A DNA stretch of 64,000 nucleotides, from assembly GCA_040768135.1 (NCBI GenBank), contig JAXGNF010000003.1, forward strand, positions 11,191 to 75,190, written 5' to 3'. A model generated the notes under the pieces. It had not been told where the DNA came from. It did not search any database and saw only the letters and a program-made list of their open reading frames with translations. Below, one piece after another: positions 58,829 through 64,000 of this stretch. How positions within the stretch are numbered: position 1 is the first letter of the stretch; the number at the start of each line of letters is the position of its first letter. This stretch comes from Thermoleophilia bacterium. GTDB lineage: Bacteria > Actinomycetota > Thermoleophilia > RBG-16-64-13. Made by a program: the position numbers and the translations under genes.

Positions 58829-59598
58829 CTAGTTGCGCCCTCCCCTCCAAGATATGCAGCAATCACCTCTTCATTGTTCATTATCTCCGTCGGCAGTCCC
58901 TCCGCAATCTTATGTCCATAATTCAGCACAACCACCCTATCACACAAACGTGTGATTACTCTCATATCATGTTCCACAATTACTACTGCAATACCCTTGG
59001 CTCGAATCTCCTGAATGCGTTCAACCATCATCATAGATTCTGCCATATTCATACCGGCAACCGGTTCATCAAGCAAAAGCACTCTAGGCTGAATCGCCAG
59101 AGCCATACAAACACCTAGTATTCGCTGGTGACCATGCGATAAATTACCGGCCAACTCGTCTCTTAGCGCAAATAGCCCCATCCAATCAACGATATCGAGA
59201 CTACGTTGTTTCAACGCCTGTTCTTCTCTCCGTGCGGCCGGGAGGCGAAGCACCCGCTTCAGCATGGGCACCTGGTAGCTCATGTGAAAACCGGCGAAGA
59301 CGTTTTCTAAGACAGACAGTTCCGTGAACAGATTTGACGTCTGGAAGGTTCGGCCGATCCCGAGGCTCGCTATCTTATGTGCGCTGGCCCTTGTGATATC
59401 AGAGGCTTCGAACCTGACCTCTCCCTTGCTGGGCGGAATGTGCCCACTGACAACATTGAAGAAGGTCGACTTACCAGACCCATTGGGCCCAATCAGCCCC
59501 AAGATCTCGGCTTCCATGACTCTGACGCAGACGTCAGTCAACGCCGCCAAGCCCCCGAAAGCCTTGCACAGATTGTGCGTCTCCAATAAGGCCGTCAC
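58819..59598 (-). CDS. livG: branched-chain amino acid ABC transporter ATP-binding protein LivG-type
   Basis: Walker A GPNGSGKST, signature LSHGHQRILGV, Walker B LLLDEPVAGM. Confidence 0.85.
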   Translation of the reverse strand: MTALLETHNLCKAFGGLAALTDVCVRVMEAEILGLIGPNGSGKSTFFNVVSGHIPPSKGEVRFEASDITRASAHKIASLGIGRTFQTSNLFTELSVLENVFAGFHMSYQVPMLKRVLRLPAARREEQALKQRSLDIVDWMGLFALRDELAGNLSHGHQRILGVCMALAIQPRVLLLDEPVAGMNMAESMMMVERIQEIRAKGIAVVIVEHDMRVITRLCDRVVVLNYGHKIAEGLPTEIMNNEEVIAAYLGGEGATRCY

Positions 59599-60707
59599 GA
59601 CTTCACCTTTGTGCGTCGCCCCATCATCGCCCTGCGAACCTTCGCAGTCGCCTCTGCGAAGCGGATGGCGAAGGGGTCACTCCTCCGAGACTTGAACAAG
59701 CCCAATATCCCTCCGGGGAAGAACAGAATCACCCCTATCAGAATCAGACCGACGAAGATCGGCTGTGCCGCCTCAACGCTTCGCATCATCTCCGGCAACA
59801 CCGTCATAAGGCTCGAACCAATCAGAGGTCCAAGTATCAATGAACCCAGACCGCCCACGATGGCGTACACCTGGATGTAAATGGTTTTGAACACATCAAA
59901 GGATCCAGGGACGATTGCGGTCACGTAGCTGGCATAAAGACTACCCATCAGACCGGCGGTCGCGCTTGCTATGGCGAAACCTAGAAGCCGGTACTTGTAA
60001 GTAGCCACCCCAAGCGTCTCCGCCAGATTGGATCTCAACCCCATCGCCCTCCACGCCCTGCCGGGCGACGAGTTCGAAAGGCCTGCATAAACAAGCATCA
60101 AGACGACTACGACAAGTAGCACCAGGTAGTAGTACGCCCGCTGGGTCCCGAAGCTAATGACCATACGGGTCAACGGGATTGTAATAGGCGACGGCCCGGG
60201 AATCTTCGTAATCCCTACATGCGCACCGAAGAATTTGAACGTCCCAAATACCTGAACCACTATCATGCCCAAGACGATACTCAGAATCACGAAGCAATTG
60301 CCTGGGACCCGGACGAGAAGCAGGCCTAGTACGAGCGCAGTAATGCCGGCTATGAGTGCAGCCAAGAATAGCGCCGCCCAAAACGGCGCCCCTCCTTTCG
60401 TGAGCAGAAGCGCCGACGCATATGCGCCAATACCCCAAAAGGCCGCGATAGACATGTTGATAAGTCCCATGCGAAACATGAAGACAAAAGTGACGGCTAG
60501 AACAGTATTAATACACACCATTATGAGCAAGTGCACATAATACTGATTCTCGACTACCAAAGGTATCACGATGGCCGCCACAACCAAGGCCACCCTGCCG
60601 ATGGTCTTCCAATACCGCGCGAGATTACTACGTGAAGGTAGTATCCAAGCCGGCCTTTCCAAAGACCCCTCCCGGTCTAAAGAAGATAACACCCGCAACG
60701 ACGACAT
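59595..60707 (-). CDS. livM: branched-chain amino acid ABC transporter permease LivM-type
   Basis: Multi-TM permease. Its 5' end overlaps livH by ~80 nt, so the true start is probably internal (around 60640). Confidence 0.7.
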   Translation of the reverse strand: MSSLRVLSSLDREGSLERPAWILPSRSNLARYWKTIGRVALVVAAIVIPLVVENQYYVHLLIMVCINTVLAVTFVFMFRMGLINMSIAAFWGIGAYASALLLTKGGAPFWAALFLAALIAGITALVLGLLLVRVPGNCFVILSIVLGMIVVQVFGTFKFFGAHVGITKIPGPSPITIPLTRMVISFGTQRAYYYLVLLVVVVLMLVYAGLSNSSPGRAWRAMGLRSNLAETLGVATYKYRLLGFAIASATAGLMGSLYASYVTAIVPGSFDVFKTIYIQVYAIVGGLGSLILGPLIGSSLMTVLPEMMRSVEAAQPIFVGLILIGVILFFPGGILGLFKSRRSDPFAIRFAEATAKVRRAMMGRRTKVKS

Positions 60708-61512
60708 ATACGACGATCTGAGCTACTCCGGTACCGATGAAAGCCTGGCCATAGCTTTGACTTAAGCCGAAAATAAGTGCACCTAGACTCACTCCCAGCA
60801 TGCTGCCCATTCCGCCAAACAACACCACCAACAGGACGACCAAGATGATACCGCCCATAGTCTGGGCTATAGGGAATAACGGGGCAATCAGGCCACCGGC
60901 CAAGCCGGCCAGAGCACAGCCTACCGCCATCGTGACCAGATAGACCCGGTTCCAGTTGACCCCCAGCAGGGCGGCAATATCCGTATTGACCGCCACTGTA
61001 CGGAGCGCTCGGCCCAGATTCGTCCTCTGCAGGAACAGGGCTAGTACGACTGTCATGGCAATACCGAGTAGAATCACTATCAGTCTCTCGTAGGTAATGG
61101 TGGCACCGATAACGCTGAGTTTACCCGGAAACGCTGGTGGTATGCTCTTAGGCGCAGAGCCAAAGAATAGAACCGCTACTTGCCCAAGAATCATCATCAA
61201 TCCGAGGGCAGCCGTAAGGTCGGACAAAAAACGTTGCTCACGGCGTTGGGTGTGTCTGAATATAGCGAAGTAGACGACCACTCCTAGTGCGGCCGTAATC
61301 AAACCTGCAATCGCAAGAGAAATAAAATACGGAATTTTAAGGGAGACACTAAAAAACCACACTGCATAGGCACCTATCATATAGAAATTGCCGTAAGCGA
61401 CTAGTACAATCCGAGTTGTAGTAATAATGAGGTTGAGGCCGACCGCTAAGAGAACATAGATCATCGACATCCCCAGGGCATCAACCGTTACCTGCCAGAT
61501 CAAATGTGCCAC
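60628..61512 (-). CDS. livH: branched-chain amino acid ABC transporter permease LivH-type
   Basis: MAHLIWQVTVDALGMSMIYVLLAVGLNLI... is the LivH N-terminus. 294 aa. Confidence 0.8.
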   Translation of the reverse strand: MAHLIWQVTVDALGMSMIYVLLAVGLNLIITTTRIVLVAYGNFYMIGAYAVWFFSVSLKIPYFISLAIAGLITAALGVVVYFAIFRHTQRREQRFLSDLTAALGLMMILGQVAVLFFGSAPKSIPPAFPGKLSVIGATITYERLIVILLGIAMTVVLALFLQRTNLGRALRTVAVNTDIAALLGVNWNRVYLVTMAVGCALAGLAGGLIAPLFPIAQTMGGIILVVLLVVLFGGMGSMLGVSLGALIFGLSQSYGQAFIGTGVAQIVVYVVVAGVIFFRPGGVFGKAGLDTTFT

Positions 61513-61788
61513 TCAATCTCCTCCACGCAGAATGGCCTGCAGTCTCCATCCATTACAAGGCGCTCACCACTACCGTGCCCCAACTTGCGGTCTCTGTGGC
61601 CGGGACTAGGCCACGATGGCGACACGGAGGCGGCCTGCTTCATAGGCTGTCGTCGGCCCGTCGACCGCGCCGTGTCCTGTCGGCACAAGAGTCCTCGAGT
61701 CGGCAGTTGGCAGGCTTCACCGGACGGATGCCAGACGAAACCGGCCGAGGAGAGCGACACCTTGGTGCCGCCCTCCTCGGCCTGGAAA

Positions 61789-63051
61789 TCACCACCCGAA
61801 AAGCTTCTTCAGGTACTGGAGAGCTTCGTCAGGATCGATTGTATCCAGACTGTGCGCCTTACCACTTTCCACTCGCGCTATGTACGTGGTATAAACCGCG
61901 TCGACCGTCCGGTCACCGCCTAGGTCTGGCCGACTTACCATGCGGGCCTTCCCAGAGGGCGCCTCGAACTCCAGCCCGTTTCCGAGTACTGCAGCGACCT
62001 TATCCACCTCCAGGCTCTGCGCCTTCTGTATAGCAGCGAGCCAGCAGTAGAACGAGTTGATCTCGAAGATGGTAGGAGAGTCCCACTTGCCGTACTTGGC
62101 TGCATATGCATCCATCAGTTCCTTAGTCGCCACCGGCGGTTGTTCGAATTCGGTTGGATCCTCGGTGATGTACATGCCCTCAGTCTGTTCCGGCGTCATT
62201 ACCTTGAGTATCTGTGTCGTGCTGGAAGTAATGGGTAACCAGAGTTGGCCCTCATATCCAGCATCCCGGAGCGCTTTGAACACCCCTGCCAGAACGTTGA
62301 TTCCGGACCCGCCGGTCGTGAACACGTCGGGCTTCAGGCTGGCAGCCTTTGTCGCCAGCGCGCTCAAGTCCGACTGCTCGATCGGGAAGAAGGAAGTCCC
62401 CAGCAGGGTTTGGCCGAAGGCCTTGGTGAAGGTCTCAAGCTTAGACGCTTCTTGGTGGCCGATCATATAGTCCGGATACATACCAGCTGCGGACTTGACA
62501 TCTGGGTTATTCTCGGAAAGCCATCCCCACGCTACCCCCGAACCCGTGTTGATGAAAGTACCCTGGACAGTGTATTTGTTCTGAGGGTCAAGGGCGGCCG
62601 GCGCGGAACCAGAAATCACAGACAGGATCTTGTTCTCCTCTGTGAGCTGGACCCAGCCGCTTACAGTGTCATCACCTAGAATGAACTTCACACCCTCCGA
62701 GATCAGCTTCTGTACGCCGGCGCGGGCGGTATCATTATCGGAGTTGGTATCAATGGAGACGACCTGGATTTGATATTTCTTCCCCCCAATATCCACGCCA
62801 CCTTGACCATTGAGGTACTCCACCACCGCCTGCACTGACCTCTGGCCGTCAAGCCCGACTACGCCTTGGAGTGAGTCAACGTAGCCAAGTTTGATTGTGT
62901 TGCCGCCGGCATCAGGACTCGCCGAGCTTGCAGTTGAGGTCTCCACTGTGCTCGGCGTGGACTCACCTCCGCAACCAGCCAAAGCGGTGATCAACACTAC
63001 CGTCAACGAGAGCACAAAGATGATCAGTGTCACAGGTCGTCTAGTACTCAT
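61789..63051 (-). CDS. livK: branched-chain amino acid ABC transporter substrate-binding lipoprotein (LivK/LivJ-type)
   Basis: ATG at 63049-63051, 6 nt after AGAAGGAGAA. The signal peptide MSTRRPVTLIIFVLSLTVVLITALAGCGG carries a lipobox. Periplasmic-binding-protein type I fold (IKLGYVDSLQG...). The ORF-track N-terminal extension is rejected. Confidence 0.8.
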   Translation of the reverse strand: MSTRRPVTLIIFVLSLTVVLITALAGCGGESTPSTVETSTASSASPDAGGNTIKLGYVDSLQGVVGLDGQRSVQAVVEYLNGQGGVDIGGKKYQIQVVSIDTNSDNDTARAGVQKLISEGVKFILGDDTVSGWVQLTEENKILSVISGSAPAALDPQNKYTVQGTFINTGSGVAWGWLSENNPDVKSAAGMYPDYMIGHQEASKLETFTKAFGQTLLGTSFFPIEQSDLSALATKAASLKPDVFTTGGSGINVLAGVFKALRDAGYEGQLWLPITSSTTQILKVMTPEQTEGMYITEDPTEFEQPPVATKELMDAYAAKYGKWDSPTIFEINSFYCWLAAIQKAQSLEVDKVAAVLGNGLEFEAPSGKARMVSRPDLGGDRTVDAVYTTYIARVESGKAHSLDTIDPDEALQYLKKLFGW

Positions 63052-64000
63052 CCGATTCTCCTTCTGAGTAATGCGGCCTTTGTCGATTCCCGGCGGTCTG
63101 GCCCCATACCGCCGGCGCAACCTAATGGTCTTGCGAAAAGGCCGTCGTCTGTTTCCCGTTTCCCTTCCGTGCCACGCCATGATCAATTCCACAGGAGATG
63201 AAGATCGGCGGGCACTACTCAACGAGTCACCGGTGGGCATTAGTCGAGTCGAACTTGGCTGTTCCTCCCTCCCGCAATCTGGATGACGGGATTGTCGACC
63301 GACAAGCCGACCATCGGTGTTGTTGCCGGCACGACATATCAAGTTGTACACGGACACTTGCCACCGCCGCCTCGCCCGACCGGGGCGTTCCCCGCCTCCA
63401 GGACCTGTCAAGCCGGGCGAGACGACCGGCATTCATTGCTCAGGGCGCGATCACCTCCTTAGGTTCGTTGATCCAGGCAGCGCCGGGGAGTGCCGGGGGC
63501 CGGAGCGGCTCGCCAACGAAGCGCCTCAAGAGCGCCGGCATCCCCTTGCCGACGCCATCTGGCGAGGTGCCAGGAATGGGAGTTCGCACGGCCAAGAAGC
63601 GAGCCGCTCTCCCCAAGACGCTCGGCCAGACCGTCGGCTTCCCTCACGACCGAGAGCCCGCAGGCGGAGGTGGGCCGCCGACGCTCAGCCCGCTCTTTCA
63701 CTGCTGGACCCGGTAGTCCTGCCCAGGAGGCGCCGCCGCCGACCCTGAGGCTGCGCTCGCCTCCGGCTCGCTGCGCCTCAGGGTCGGCCTCTCTTCCTCC
63801 ACTCCATGCAAACACAGACATCTTACGTGCTCCGATCTCGCCCTTCAGATTCACTAGTTCCCCGATGAGGATCGTCCCACGTCAGCCTGACAGAGAGCCG
63901 TGCCACATCATGAATTGGGCCCAGGCTAACACGAACAGCATTTCACGGCACTCTAGCAGTGTCAAGCAGCGTGGAAGCTACGCGCTCTCACAACGTGCTG

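Noticed and set aside
63459-63854. 131-aa minus-strand ORF upstream of livK
   Set aside because: R/G/A-rich low-complexity translation with no RBS. More likely non-coding leader or intergenic DNA.

Overview
This is a 64-kb segment of a high-GC (roughly 60-65%) bacterial chromosome, almost entirely protein-coding on both strands. I found no rRNA, tRNA or CRISPR array. Gene content and synteny point to a Gram-positive-like organism (Actinobacteria-type features: PASTA Ser/Thr kinase, Eis-like GNAT, UPF0182, DUF4349, ArfB), but the taxon is not determined. Housekeeping blocks are purD/purA, the conserved rpsF-ssb-rpsR-yybS-like-rplI-dnaB cluster, lgt, trxA, hsp20-lon, archease-rtcB, sbcCD-like, guaB, and a livKHMGF-type branched-chain amino-acid ABC operon. 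Accessory content includes a TPP-riboswitch-controlled thiamine salvage locus (thiN, YkoF-like, ThiXYZ-like transporter), an AmmeMemoRadiSam three-gene system, an ECF sigma/anti-sigma pair, and tandem Tm-1-like UPF0261 paralogs. A roughly 3.8-kb patch flanked by a ~67-bp direct repeat holds degraded genes: a frameshifted NYN gene, a truncated phage Gp37/Gp68 gene and an orphan VapC PIN fragment. Two items stand out. (1) At 31685..39755 a translationally coupled operon joins pyruvate:ferredoxin oxidoreductase subunits (porG, porD, porA) to NuoE-like and NuoF/HydB-like genes and to a 1048-aa polypeptide. That polypeptide fuses a NuoG-type 2Fe-2S domain, a GltD/NfnB-like FAD/NAD(P) module, a polyferredoxin and the TPP-binding PorB subunit. 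Together this looks like a Stn/Nfn-type flavin-based electron-bifurcating module hard-wired to pyruvate oxidation, which I believe is undescribed. (2) The TlpA/ResA-family lipoprotein gene at 10471..11052 has an in-frame TGA exactly at the first Cys of the CxxC motif (WUGSC), with a bSECIS-like hairpin downstream. This is a candidate selenoprotein that automated pipelines would split into two ORFs or call a pseudogene.
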